DNA of 64,000 nt, taken from the NCBI GenBank assembly GCA_009993885.1, contig JAACSN010000010.1, positions 16,945 through 80,944 on the forward strand. Reading direction: 5' to 3'. This DNA is from Alphaproteobacteria bacterium. GTDB lineage: Bacteria; Pseudomonadota; Alphaproteobacteria; Caedimonadales; UBA9215. Below the pieces are notes generated by a model that did no database searches, was not told the origin of the DNA, and saw only the letters and a list, made by a program, of their open reading frames with translations. This document shows positions 1 to 9,132 of this stretch, one piece after another (position 1 is the first letter of the stretch; every line of letters begins with the position of its first letter). Both the position numbers and the translations under genes were made by a program.

Positions 1-54
1 TATGGGTAAAGTGGACGCCACAGAGCACTCTCTTATAGAACAAGGAATAACGCC

Positions 55-681
55 ATGTCCGATGATTTAATTAAAGAAATTAAGGAAGATATCCGAAACG
101 ATCAACTGGTTGCCTTTTGGAATGAGTACGGCAATATTGTTATCGGAACCGTTATAGCCGTTGTTTTAATGACCGTCGGTTATCTTTTTTGGCATAACCT
201 CCAAGAAAAAAAGATCTTGGAGCAAACACTTATGTATGAACGGAATCTGGAAACCGATCCTTCTAAAGGCGAAAAGGCCGATTACACCCCCCTTATTAAA
301 GACGGTTCGACAGGTTACCGCATTTTGGGATCTTTTGAACAAGCTCGCCTTGCATCTGGCACAAAAGAAGCCGAAGATTTACTAAAATCCATGGCCGACG
401 ACACCTCATATGATTCTTTTTACCGTGAAGCAGCCGCCCTTCAAGCCATCATGAGAAAATTTGATTCAACCCATGGAGCCGTGCTTTTAGAAGAGCTTGA
501 ACCCCTTGTCAATAAAGCTTCCCCCCTTCAAGCTGCCGCCCTTGAATTGCAAGCATTTTCCTACCTGAAACTTCAACAAACAAAAAAAGCATCCGACGTT
601 TTCCTATCCGTTGCAAAGCATCCTCAAGCACCGCAATCCATGCGAGTACGTGCACAGGCTATGCTGGAAACAATCAATTAA
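55..681 (+). CDS. Membrane-anchored YfgM-like helical protein (usual partner gene upstream of bamB)
   Basis: ATG preceded by an AAGGA RBS. One N-terminal TM helix (NIVIGTVIAVVLMTVGYLFW) followed by an Ala/Leu-rich helical part. Lies directly upstream of bamB. Family name comes from remembered architecture, not a search. Confidence 0.55.
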   Translation: MSDDLIKEIKEDIRNDQLVAFWNEYGNIVIGTVIAVVLMTVGYLFWHNLQEKKILEQTLMYERNLETDPSKGEKADYTPLIKDGSTGYRILGSFEQARLASGTKEAEDLLKSMADDTSYDSFYREAAALQAIMRKFDSTHGAVLLEELEPLVNKASPLQAAALELQAFSYLKLQQTKKASDVFLSVAKHPQAPQSMRVRAQAMLETIN

Positions 682-707
682 TTTATACACTTTAAAAAGG
701 TTTTTTC

Positions 708-2036
708 ATGATACGTACACTTTCGCATTTCTCGCTGCTTGTTGCAATCCTATCCGGATTGCTGCTAACTGCTTGTGATGATAAAAAAGGCCCCCCTATT
801 TTAGGAGATCGCGAAGCGATTTTTGTGGGAGATGACCCTTTAATAGCAGACCCCTCCCTAAAAAATACAAAAGTGACCCTTCCCCAAGCAAGGGTTAATA
901 AATCTTGGCCCTGTGCCGGCGGTTCCGTTGACCATTCCTTTGATCCCGTAGCCCTTGGTTCGAACTTGAAAAAAGTATGGTCCGAATCCATCGGAACAGG
1001 TTCGGGGGCTTCGGAAAGGCTTTTAAACGGTCCGGTCGCTGCTGACGGTCGTCTTTTTACCGTTGATACGCGAGGTTATGTCAGCGCTTTTGATATTCAA
1101 ACAGGTAAACAGTTATGGTCAAAAGACTCAACACCGGAAAACCTATCAACCCAAGCCTTCAGCGGCGGCCTTGCTTACGAAAACGGCTTTGTCTTTATCG
1201 TAACGCCTGCGGCTGAAATCGTCATGATGAAAGCGGAAGACGGTTCTATTGAAAAGCGTTTTTCTTTAACGGCTCCTGTTCGCGCTGCACCGACAGTTAA
1301 AAACGGTTATATCTATGCCGTCAATATTAATAACCAACTCGAAGCTATTAACTATCGCACGGGCGATCCCGCTTGGTCACACTCCGGTATCATGGAAATC
1401 GCCGGACTATTGGGTGGGGCGAGTCCTGCTTTAACACCTGATTTACTTATTGTGCCTTATACTTCCGGCGAAGTTTACGCCCTTCATCCGGGCAACGGCT
1501 TACCTCTCTGGAGTGAAAGTCTTGTGAGCCTAACAAAGCTTGATCCTATTTCTTCTTTGTTCCACATTAAGGCTCGTCCTGCTGTGAAAGGTAATCACGT
1601 CTACTTAATCGGAAACGGCGGCGTTATGAGCTGCCTTGATGCCAATTCCGGTAAAACCCTTTGGACGCACACCGTTGGCGGCATCAGAAGCCCCGCTGTT
1701 TCGGGAGACTACCTCTTTATGGCCACCAACAACAACGAGCTGGCGTGCTTTAATCGCTTTAGCGGTAAAGTTGTGTGGGTTAAGCAACTCCCGCGTTACC
1801 TTGATCCCACAGAAAAAAGCGATCCGATCTTATGGGCAGGCCCTATTCTTGTCGATAAATCCCTTGCGCTTTCCGGATCCACCGGAACGGCTTTAATTCT
1901 TTCCGTAGAAAACGGCGACATCGTACAAGAACTCGATCTTGGCGACCGCACGCTTCTTTCTCCCATTGCCGTTGAGAATACCCTTGTGTTTTTGACGGAT
2001 AACGGAGAGTTACTGGCTTACCGCGGCGGGTCTTAA
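708..2036 (+). CDS. bamB: Outer membrane protein assembly factor BamB (PQQ-like beta-propeller lipoprotein)
   Basis: Lipobox LLLTAC. Recurring propeller-blade motifs (YVSAFDIQTGKQLW, MSCLDANSGKTLW, LACFNRFSGKVVW). Length 442 aa. Confidence 0.85.
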   Translation: MIRTLSHFSLLVAILSGLLLTACDDKKGPPILGDREAIFVGDDPLIADPSLKNTKVTLPQARVNKSWPCAGGSVDHSFDPVALGSNLKKVWSESIGTGSGASERLLNGPVAADGRLFTVDTRGYVSAFDIQTGKQLWSKDSTPENLSTQAFSGGLAYENGFVFIVTPAAEIVMMKAEDGSIEKRFSLTAPVRAAPTVKNGYIYAVNINNQLEAINYRTGDPAWSHSGIMEIAGLLGGASPALTPDLLIVPYTSGEVYALHPGNGLPLWSESLVSLTKLDPISSLFHIKARPAVKGNHVYLIGNGGVMSCLDANSGKTLWTHTVGGIRSPAVSGDYLFMATNNNELACFNRFSGKVVWVKQLPRYLDPTEKSDPILWAGPILVDKSLALSGSTGTALILSVENGDIVQELDLGDRTLLSPIAVENTLVFLTDNGELLAYRGGS

Positions 2037-2073
2037 TAGACTCCGTCCGACTTTTTCCCTCGATCGACTTTAA

Positions 2074-2109
2074 ATGTCCCTTTTCTTTACGACAAAGGGC
2101 ATTTTTATA
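2074..2109 (+). terminator. Rho-independent terminator after bamB
   Basis: Stem atg(t)cccttt / aaagggcat with a 10-nt loop, followed by ttttata. Confidence 0.55.
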
Positions 2110-2280
2110 CAACCGACCCTATATTAATTTCTCTCTTCCAAGTGAGATTTGAAAAATCCAAAACTAAGGAGAATAATATGAAAGAGATACTCCCCCTCAA
2201 AAATATTTAGAGGCCGTTAAACTCCTTAGTTCCGAGGCAAGCCTTACGATGAGCCCTGCTTATAAACTTCCCCACAAAAA

Positions 2281-2310
2281 AAAAGACCCTGCGCTAACAG
2301 GGTCTTTTTA
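2281..2310. terminator. Bidirectional hairpin terminator, mainly serving the minus-strand gene 2332-3021
   Basis: gaccctg-cgctaa-cagggtc stem-loop flanked by an A-run (5') and a T-run (3'). Confidence 0.7.
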
Positions 2311-2331
2311 GTATTTCCTTTGAAGGGACTC

Positions 2332-3021
2332 TTATGATCCCCAAAAGTAGTTATAAGCACTTTTGGCATAACCGAAACCGGTAGAAACCGTTGATACGGC
2401 GGCCTTTGCAATGGCCGGTGCGTTGTTCACCAAGGGATCAACCACAAAGTTCTTTGTCAAAGGCGCATAAGTTCCTGCAATAAAGCCGTCAAACCCGGGA
2501 AGAACCCAACGAGCAAGCTTAATACCGCCTTTTGTGACATAGTAAGCCGCATCTCCTGCAACAGGTCCGCCAACTAGAGTTGCACCGGCATAAACACCAT
2601 AAGCTGTTAGCTCTTCAAGAGCATTCACACCATAATAGTTCAAGTTCCAAGCAAGAAGGTATTTTGCTGTTTCTGCGCCGCTTTCGACAAGCTTACCGCC
2701 GACATACTTTGTCGCGCCCACAGCTTTGTTTAAAACCCAACTCCCCCAACTTTCAGCTTCTTCTTGTGTTGTGCCAAGTTGCTTTGCTGCAAACTCTGCA
2801 TCATAAGGCACAAGGGCAAGCTCATTTTCAGACGCTTTATCTTCAATAAGAACCAATGCTTTCGAAAGGTTTAATTTGTCTTCGGAGACCTCATACTTTA
2901 CAAGAGAACGGGGCATTACCTGAGCTCCTTCATAAGGTACAAGGGCAAGCTCCTTTTCTGCAAAAGCGCTTGAGAGTGAAAGTGTTGTTCCCATCACAAG
3001 TGTTAATAAAGTTTTTTTCAT
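2332..3021 (-). CDS. Secreted hypothetical protein with duplicated ELALVPY motif and Gly/Ala/Tyr-rich C-terminal half
   Basis: AAGGAG RBS. Signal peptide MKKTLLTLVMGTTLSLSSAFA. A ~24-nt DNA repeat encodes ELALVPY twice. No recognisable family. Confidence 0.6.
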   Translation of the reverse strand: MKKTLLTLVMGTTLSLSSAFAEKELALVPYEGAQVMPRSLVKYEVSEDKLNLSKALVLIEDKASENELALVPYDAEFAAKQLGTTQEEAESWGSWVLNKAVGATKYVGGKLVESGAETAKYLLAWNLNYYGVNALEELTAYGVYAGATLVGGPVAGDAAYYVTKGGIKLARWVLPGFDGFIAGTYAPLTKNFVVDPLVNNAPAIAKAAVSTVSTGFGYAKSAYNYFWGS

Positions 3022-3447
3022 AATTTAACTCCTTATATATATGTCTTCGTTATTTCTTATAACTTATATATAGTGACAGCTTGGCAAAATTACAAATGTT
3101 AAAATAGCACAAGCCCATTGAGGATTACGCAACACGGAAAAAATTAATAAAAAAGAAATTATGCCTTCCCTCGCCTCAAATGATATTCCCCTCATTGTTG
3201 TCGGTTGCAGCCACCTCCAAAGCAAATACGGGATATTCGAAACGTTTGAAAAACTTGGATATAGCCTGGAGCGTTGCAATTAAGGCAGCACATTTGGTGA
3301 AGAGTCGCCTTTAAAACCTTAAAGTCTTTTCCATATAGCGCTGCTAACGCTACCTTTCCGTTGAGACGGACGGATATCTTTACGGTTCTATCCCCCCTTC
3401 TTGCTTTTTCTTATATCAATAAATAGGGTTCAAAAATTCCGTCCCGT

Positions 3448-3650
3448 TTTTTGGGGATTTCTCTCGGAGGATGACGGCAAAGAGGCTTGAATAAGAATAC
3501 ACACGCCTTGATCAAACAGTACTTTCCAAAAAAGATACGGTTTGATAAGATTACTCAACAGGGTGTGAAAAAAGCCGGAATGTTACTCGACACAAAACCA
3601 AGGCGCATCCTCAATTTTTAAACCTCAGCGGACGTTTTTTCGAAGACCAA
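3448..3650 (+). pseudogene. IS30-family transposase C-terminal remnant (stops and frameshifts)
   Basis: Translation *RQRGLNKNTHALIKQYFPKKIRFDKITQQGVKKAGMLLDTKPRRILNF*TSADVF matches the conserved IS30 C-terminus (W-E/Q-RG-x-NEN-x-NGL-I/L-RQYFPK ... LN-x-RPRK-x-LG-x-x-TP-x-E-x-F). It is interrupted by stops and no intact ORF remains. Confidence 0.6.
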
Positions 3651-3733
3651 GCCGGTCACGGCCTTGTCCAATGCCGTGTGGCCGAGCCGATCGGCGAAGA
3701 TGCCCTCGGTAACGGACAAGGAAAACAAAAATC

Positions 3734-5431
3734 ATGAGTACATTTACCCCCAAACTTTTTACCCTTCTCAAAAACCGCTATTCAAAATCAGATTTTCAAA
3801 GCGATGCGATAGCGGGCCTGACGGTGGCGATTGTTGCCTTACCGTTGGCCATGGCGTTGGCGATTGCCTCCGGCACTTCGCCTGATAAAGGTTTAATCAC
3901 GGCTGTCATTGCAGGATTCCTGATTTCTTTTCTGGGGGGATCTCGGGTGCAGGTGGGCGGGCCGACAGGGGCGTTCGTTGTTGTGATCTTCAATGTCATT
4001 GCTCAGCACGGCTATGACGGCCTTGTTTTAGCAACGCTCATGGCCGGTGTAATTTTGCTGGTGGCAGGATATGCGAGGATGGGACAAATCATCAAATTCA
4101 TCCCGCATCCGGTGGTGACCGGGTTTACGGCGGGCATTGCGGTTCTTATCGCCTCAAGCCAAGTAAAAGATTTTCTGGGCTTAAAAATTGAGAATGTACC
4201 TGCTGATTTCACCCCAAAATGGGCAGCCTATTTCGACGCACTGGATACGGTTAGTTTAGCAACCGTTGCTATTGGCTTTACAGCTTTATTTATCATCCTC
4301 TTTTTACGCCGCTTTGCCCCGAAACTACCCGGTTATCTGATTGCCGTTACCGTATCGGCAGTTGCCGTTGCTCTATTTCATATTCCTGTTGAAACCATCG
4401 GCTCGCAATTTCCGGAGCTTCCGACCGGCCTGCCGATGCCGCAGCTTCCTGCGTGGGATTTTGCCAAGGCGCAAAGTGTGATCCCTTCGGCCTTTACCAT
4501 TGCTTTTTTGGCGGGTATTGAAGCGTTATTGTCTGCCGTTGTAGCCGACGGTATGACGGGTTACAAGCACCGCTCTAATCAAGAATTGGTAGGTCAAGGT
4601 TTCGCCAATATTGCCTCAAGCCTATTTGGCGGCTTGCCGGCTACGGGAGCGATTGCCCGAACCGCCACCAACATCAAGGCCGGTGCTAAAACGCCGATGG
4701 CAAGTATATTTCATGCGTTATTTATTCTCCTCTTCATGCTCTTTGCGATGGATATTATGGCCTTTGTGCCCTTGGCAACACTGGCGGCGATTTTATTCAT
4801 CGTCGCATGGGGAATGAGCGAAATCGGCCGTTTCATTCATATTTTTCGCCTATCCCGCACAGATCGCGCTGTTATGCTCCTGACCTTTCTACTCACCGTT
4901 TTGGTGGATCTAACCGCAGCAATCGGCGTAGGCGTAACGCTGGCCTGTTTATTATTTATGAAACATATGAGTGAAGCCGTTGAGATTAAATCAGAATGGC
5001 GTAAATCCGGTATACTTTATGACGAAAACGCCGAAGATGAAACACAGCGTCATAATCTGCCAAAAGGTGTGGAAGTGTTTCAGATTACAGGGCCATTTTT
5101 CTTCGGCGTAGCAGGTGAGCTGGTGGATACGCTCAAAGCCATAGGTCGAATACCCAAAGTCCTAATTCTCAGGATGCGCCTTGTGCCTTATCTGGATGCG
5201 ACAGGGGAAAGCGAATTAGAATCCGTTATCAAACAATGCGGCAATAACGGCACACAGATTATCTTAAGCGGCCTTCAATCCCAACCCCTACAAATGCTTA
5301 AAAATGCTCATATCGAAGACGGCAAAGCCCATGTCATTTTTGCTTCAAATTATGAGGCTGCCCTTAAAGAAGCCGAGGCTATTCTCGCCCGAGAAGAAGG
5401 CAGTCATCTTGATTTTATTAAAGCCTATTAA
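3734..5431 (+). CDS. SulP-family anion (sulfate) permease with C-terminal STAS domain
   Basis: N-terminal signature DAIAGLTVAIVALPLAMALAIASG, polytopic membrane core, C-terminal STAS-like region (VEVFQITGPFFFG ... LILRMRLVPYLDATG). Confidence 0.9.
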   Translation: MSTFTPKLFTLLKNRYSKSDFQSDAIAGLTVAIVALPLAMALAIASGTSPDKGLITAVIAGFLISFLGGSRVQVGGPTGAFVVVIFNVIAQHGYDGLVLATLMAGVILLVAGYARMGQIIKFIPHPVVTGFTAGIAVLIASSQVKDFLGLKIENVPADFTPKWAAYFDALDTVSLATVAIGFTALFIILFLRRFAPKLPGYLIAVTVSAVAVALFHIPVETIGSQFPELPTGLPMPQLPAWDFAKAQSVIPSAFTIAFLAGIEALLSAVVADGMTGYKHRSNQELVGQGFANIASSLFGGLPATGAIARTATNIKAGAKTPMASIFHALFILLFMLFAMDIMAFVPLATLAAILFIVAWGMSEIGRFIHIFRLSRTDRAVMLLTFLLTVLVDLTAAIGVGVTLACLLFMKHMSEAVEIKSEWRKSGILYDENAEDETQRHNLPKGVEVFQITGPFFFGVAGELVDTLKAIGRIPKVLILRMRLVPYLDATGESELESVIKQCGNNGTQIILSGLQSQPLQMLKNAHIEDGKAHVIFASNYEAALKEAEAILAREEGSHLDFIKAY

Positions 5432-5439
5432 AAAAATAA

Positions 5440-5471
5440 GAGGGAAGTGCATTTAATTTTGCACTTCCCTC
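5440..5471. terminator. Hairpin terminator between convergent genes
   Basis: 12-bp stem gagggaagtgca / tgcacttccctc with an 8-nt loop. The T-run lies on the minus-strand side, so it best fits termination of the 5525-6736 gene. Confidence 0.6.
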
Positions 5472-5524
5472 AAGACAAGCCGGTCAGACAAATAAATTTC
5501 TAACCTGCCGATAAACACAGTCTG

Positions 5525-6736
5525 TTAGTTTAAATCAGACATGTTGATTAGTGTCTTTACGTCTTCGTACAACACACCCTTTTTATAGACAAGTTCTATA
5601 TAGGCCTCGAGTCTTTCTTGAGGTACATCGTTAAATCGATCCGAAAGGCCGCCGACCGCCACAATTGCTTTCGCATATCCTGACGCATCTTCCCAATGTA
5701 ATGCCCTGTTTGTTTGACCAATTGCCGCTGCCAAGTTTCCGACTTCCATTTGCCTCATCTCATCTATTGCAGGGAGTCCTACAACCTGAGTTATATAACC
5801 GTTATCAAGATGCCGATCAGCTAATAATTTTTCATAATACTGTTCTCTTAGAAGCTCTGCCCTTGAACGGAGTTCAGCAACTTTTGCTTCTTCCACTGCT
5901 AACAGCGCCTTAAAAGCTTTTGCTTCTGCTTCTCTTATTTTTACTTCTCTTATTCTTGTATCTAAGGTGCTTAAAGAATTTAGCCGACTATTTAAAAATT
6001 CCGTATCAAGAGGAGACGCGTTTTCAGAAGGATTAGAAACTTCTTTTCTCGACAAGCTGATTGTTTTAAGCGGTTTAGCCAAACTTTCTCCGGAGGACTT
6101 GCGTGAGCCTCTTTCAGAAGATGTGCTACTTTCGGAAGAAGAGTATTTAGGTTTACGCTCTTTCTTATTTTTGCGCCTTTCTGATTTTTTATGCTTACTC
6201 TTTCTGTAATCCTTTCCGTGCTTACTTGATTGCTTAGAGTACCTCTCCTCACGGCTATAGTCCGGGTCAATAGCGTGATAATTATTTATAGTCATTGAAG
6301 GCATTCCCGTCATCGCCGACCGTTGATAGGGCATACCGTGGTACGGTGGATTGTAGGTTGGGGCTGTGTTCATGCCATAACCATAATAAGGCGCTGTCGT
6401 AAAACCAAATTGAGAATTTGTCTCCTGATAGTGCATAGGAGCCGGGTGTCCGCTACCCCTATTGTTAGGGTACTGACTCGGATAGAACGGCCGGTCGAAC
6501 CCGTATTGACCCGGATTATAATAACTCTCTTGATTATAGTTTCCTTGTTGGTTCGGTAAGGACGTGTTCATCCCGTCATAGTAAGGGATATTTGTGTTTT
6601 GCGGCCGGTAAGTGTTTCTATTTTGTGTCGGAAAACCGCCGTAATAATCAAAGTCCTTATTATAAGAGGCCTCCGCTCCTGCAACAGCCATTGCGCTCGC
6701 CAAAATGGCAAAATTTTTAATATATTTATTCATCAT
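5525..6736 (-). CDS. Secreted hypothetical protein: Q/N/Y/P/G-rich low-complexity region, Lys/Ser-rich basic block, coiled-coil C-terminal domain
   Basis: The ORF-track start at 6757 is TTG. The ATG at 6736 follows a GGAGAAGGA RBS. Signal peptide ...FAILASAMAVAGAEA. No recognisable family. Confidence 0.65.
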   Translation of the reverse strand: MMNKYIKNFAILASAMAVAGAEASYNKDFDYYGGFPTQNRNTYRPQNTNIPYYDGMNTSLPNQQGNYNQESYYNPGQYGFDRPFYPSQYPNNRGSGHPAPMHYQETNSQFGFTTAPYYGYGMNTAPTYNPPYHGMPYQRSAMTGMPSMTINNYHAIDPDYSREERYSKQSSKHGKDYRKSKHKKSERRKNKKERKPKYSSSESSTSSERGSRKSSGESLAKPLKTISLSRKEVSNPSENASPLDTEFLNSRLNSLSTLDTRIREVKIREAEAKAFKALLAVEEAKVAELRSRAELLREQYYEKLLADRHLDNGYITQVVGLPAIDEMRQMEVGNLAAAIGQTNRALHWEDASGYAKAIVAVGGLSDRFNDVPQERLEAYIELVYKKGVLYEDVKTLINMSDLN

Positions 6737-7228
6737 AGTTCCTTCTCCATTTATCAATAATTCAGTAATGAACTATTTTTATATATGTACAAAATAATAT
6801 TTATTAATATAAAATAAATATAAAAAGAAAAAGCACGCTCACATGGAACGAGAATTATTTCTGATCCTACGAAGGCAAGAGTTCCAATACAGGGTTAGCT
6901 CTACGCTTTCCTGTGATTTCGTATGAAAAGCGTCACTAGAAAATTGTTCTACCGATAACGATTCTTTTAATGACGCAAGGGATAAACGAATAATTTCCAA
7001 ACAACAAGAAGTACCGCCTTCACACAGGCAAGCGAGAACTTATGATCCTTTTCGGCGCTTCTTGTTTGGGCCGGATACTTTCTTTGTAAAGATGTATTAC
7101 CCTCGGCTTCATTCAGTGTGTTAATCTGATGCCGAGGGTTTAAATTCGTAGCTCAAGGGCGTTCATGCCCGACTATCACGGTTTCTTATTCCCAAAACGC
7201 TTTTTACGATATTAAAGGTTGATCGGAG

Positions 7229-8749
7229 TTAAGATTTTACACCTTGGATTTTTAAGAGAACCGGAGCAATCTCCTTATTCAAATAATCTTGCACAGCTTT
7301 GTGGGGGAAATTTTCTTTATTAAAAGCTTTGCCGTCAGCTGTTCTCCAAAAATCAGGCAAATCAAGCTTCATTTCAAGAATCATTTGATAATAATCGTAG
7401 AGGACGTTCCGACTTTGTCTATAGTCCTCACCCAAACAATGCCAAGAGTCCAAACCATGGAAATGCTCTCGTAATTCAGGCGGCAACTCTATGACCTCAT
7501 TACCAAAGGGCGTTATTGTAAACAAACTATCATCAAGAGGCCTTGATCCTGCCAATAGTTCAATCTCAATTCCTTTTTCCTCTAAAAGATTCTCCCTATA
7601 AAATGCAATTTTTGAATCTTGACTATAGACAAATGCATTTGGATAAAAATAGACCTCTTCACCGACAACCCTTTGTCTTAAGTCTTTAAAGAAATCTGTT
7701 ACATTCGGGTATTGGTCCTGATAATACTCATTTTCATAACCGCCTTCATGAAATCCAAAAAAGAATGCAATTTCTGCCTTCTTTTTTTCATTTTCATCTT
7801 TGCAATCCTGAATAAGAGACCACAAAGGACGGAGGATTTGTAGGAGAGGATCATTCTTAAGCTCCAAACGTTCTAAGTCTTGAGCAATTGTAGATGATAA
7901 GAACAGCGATTTTGCATGCCTAAGGTCATGATCTCCGAAACTACGAGCCGAAGCCCTCTTTAAACCGCCGTCATATGCTGTTGGCTCTGTTGGGAACCCA
8001 AGCAAAGCGATACGGTGGGTCATAGCTTCATTAATCCCCGAAATTGGAAAAATAACCTGATCGGGTGTGCCGATATAAGGCAAGAAAAAAACATCCATAT
8101 ATAAAGAAGGTGATCTATCGAATTTTCCAAACGTGAACTTTAATGCCTCACCCTCCGTTCTAGAAAATAAATAGTCGCCTTTGCCACCTATAGCACCGTC
8201 ACGATCATACATTCTACTTCTCCGGCACATATCTGCTGCAAACCGGTCCCTAAGGGCACGCAAATGGTGCCGGCGCAAAAACAATTCACTTTCAAAATTT
8301 TCCACAACGCCGTCAAACTGTAATAAAGAGTCATAAGACAAACTGGAAAAATCTAAATTTTCACCCTCAACGGCATCATGGACTACTGTCAAAACCTCCC
8401 CCATTAGGCGGTGTAAAAAGAGATACCAATGGGTATCCATTTCACCTGCTTTAAATTTCTCTTGGCCAAAGTTATTCACACGGGTAAGCATCTCATGCAG
8501 CTCAACTTTGCGCGCGCCTGTGATAACCGGATCATCTGTTAACGCCTTGGAAACACGCCCGACGGCTTGATTAAAAAAGCCCTGCCACTCTTGGCTTAAA
8601 GGGGCATCAAAGGCAACGCCGGCTTTTTGGCGTTCTACAGCAACCCTTAGTTGATGATCTAAAGAGTACTCTCTCTCATCAAAAGCGCTGGCAAAAACAA
8701 CGTTCGAACAAAGCAACAGTACAAAAAACAATAAATTAATGATCTTCAT
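7229..8749 (-). CDS. Secreted hypothetical protein (506 aa)
   Basis: Trimmed from ORF 7229-9010 because the upstream part translates the orphan tRNA fragment. The ATG at 8749 has a GGAGA RBS and gives signal peptide MKIINLLFFVLLLCSNVVFASA. Confidence 0.7.
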   Translation of the reverse strand: MKIINLLFFVLLLCSNVVFASAFDEREYSLDHQLRVAVERQKAGVAFDAPLSQEWQGFFNQAVGRVSKALTDDPVITGARKVELHEMLTRVNNFGQEKFKAGEMDTHWYLFLHRLMGEVLTVVHDAVEGENLDFSSLSYDSLLQFDGVVENFESELFLRRHHLRALRDRFAADMCRRSRMYDRDGAIGGKGDYLFSRTEGEALKFTFGKFDRSPSLYMDVFFLPYIGTPDQVIFPISGINEAMTHRIALLGFPTEPTAYDGGLKRASARSFGDHDLRHAKSLFLSSTIAQDLERLELKNDPLLQILRPLWSLIQDCKDENEKKKAEIAFFFGFHEGGYENEYYQDQYPNVTDFFKDLRQRVVGEEVYFYPNAFVYSQDSKIAFYRENLLEEKGIEIELLAGSRPLDDSLFTITPFGNEVIELPPELREHFHGLDSWHCLGEDYRQSRNVLYDYYQMILEMKLDLPDFWRTADGKAFNKENFPHKAVQDYLNKEIAPVLLKIQGVKS

Positions 8750-8858
8750 TTCAATATTTTCTCCAAAAATTGTTTTATATTTAATAAACATAAAATCTAT
8801 ACTGAAAAATTTCTTCAGCCGAAAAGAGGAGGTCTCAATAAAACCTTTGATACCGTTG

Positions 8859-8912
8859 GGGATAGTGGTGGGCGCTACAGGATTCGAACCTGTGACCCGC
8901 TGATTAAGAGTC
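8859..8912 (-). repeat. ICE attachment repeat, integrase-proximal end: orphan copy of the 3' part of tRNA-Lys
   Basis: 54 nt identical to 55574-55627. Identity extends to 8852 with one mismatch. It stops inside the anticodon stem-loop, and no tRNA 5' half is present here. Confidence 0.9.
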
Positions 8913-9042
8913 GGTTTCTCTATAATTAAGAAATACCAATAAAATAGCCATGAAACCCAATAAAACAAAAGGATTTCGGAAATTTTATAATCCTGTTCGA
9001 CCACATTCAATCACGTTAAATACACCCTGAATTCGTTTCAAA

Positions 9043-9061
9043 TGCTTCCGAATTGCTTCCG
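9043..9061 (+). promoter_or_regulatory. Candidate integrase arm-type sites (2 x TGCTTCCG, 11-bp phasing)
   Basis: tgcttccga at 9043 and tgcttccg at 9054. The same motif pair with the same 11-bp spacing occurs at the other ICE end (55514, 55525). Confidence 0.35.
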
Positions 9062-9132
9062 TTTTTTGCTTTTCTTTTGCATGAATCTTCTTTAGATTGT
9101 ATCTCATAATATCTTTTAAAAATGAATAGCCT

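Noticed and set aside
692-2112. Antisense/off-frame ORFs over bamB (692-991, 1605-1787, 1636-1896, 1843-2112)
   Set aside because: Shadow ORFs. The BamB frame is supported by its lipobox and propeller repeats.
3064-3885. Short ORFs 3064-3279 (minus strand) and 3664-3885 (plus strand)
   Set aside because: The first lies in promoter/remnant DNA without an RBS. The second overlaps the SulP start in another frame. Neither has features of a real gene.
6840-7228. ORF-free 390-bp stretch with a ccctcggc...gccgaggg hairpin (7100-7138)
   Set aside because: It looks like decayed coding sequence, but I could not match any frame to a family. The hairpin lacks a U-run on the strand where a terminator would be needed, so no call was made.
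8750-9010. N-terminal 87 codons of ORF 7229-9010
   Set aside because: This part translates the orphan tRNA-Lys fragment (LNQRVTGSNPVAPTTIPNG, the same peptide as the spurious ORF over the real tRNA). A downstream ATG at 8749 with an RBS gives a proper signal peptide.
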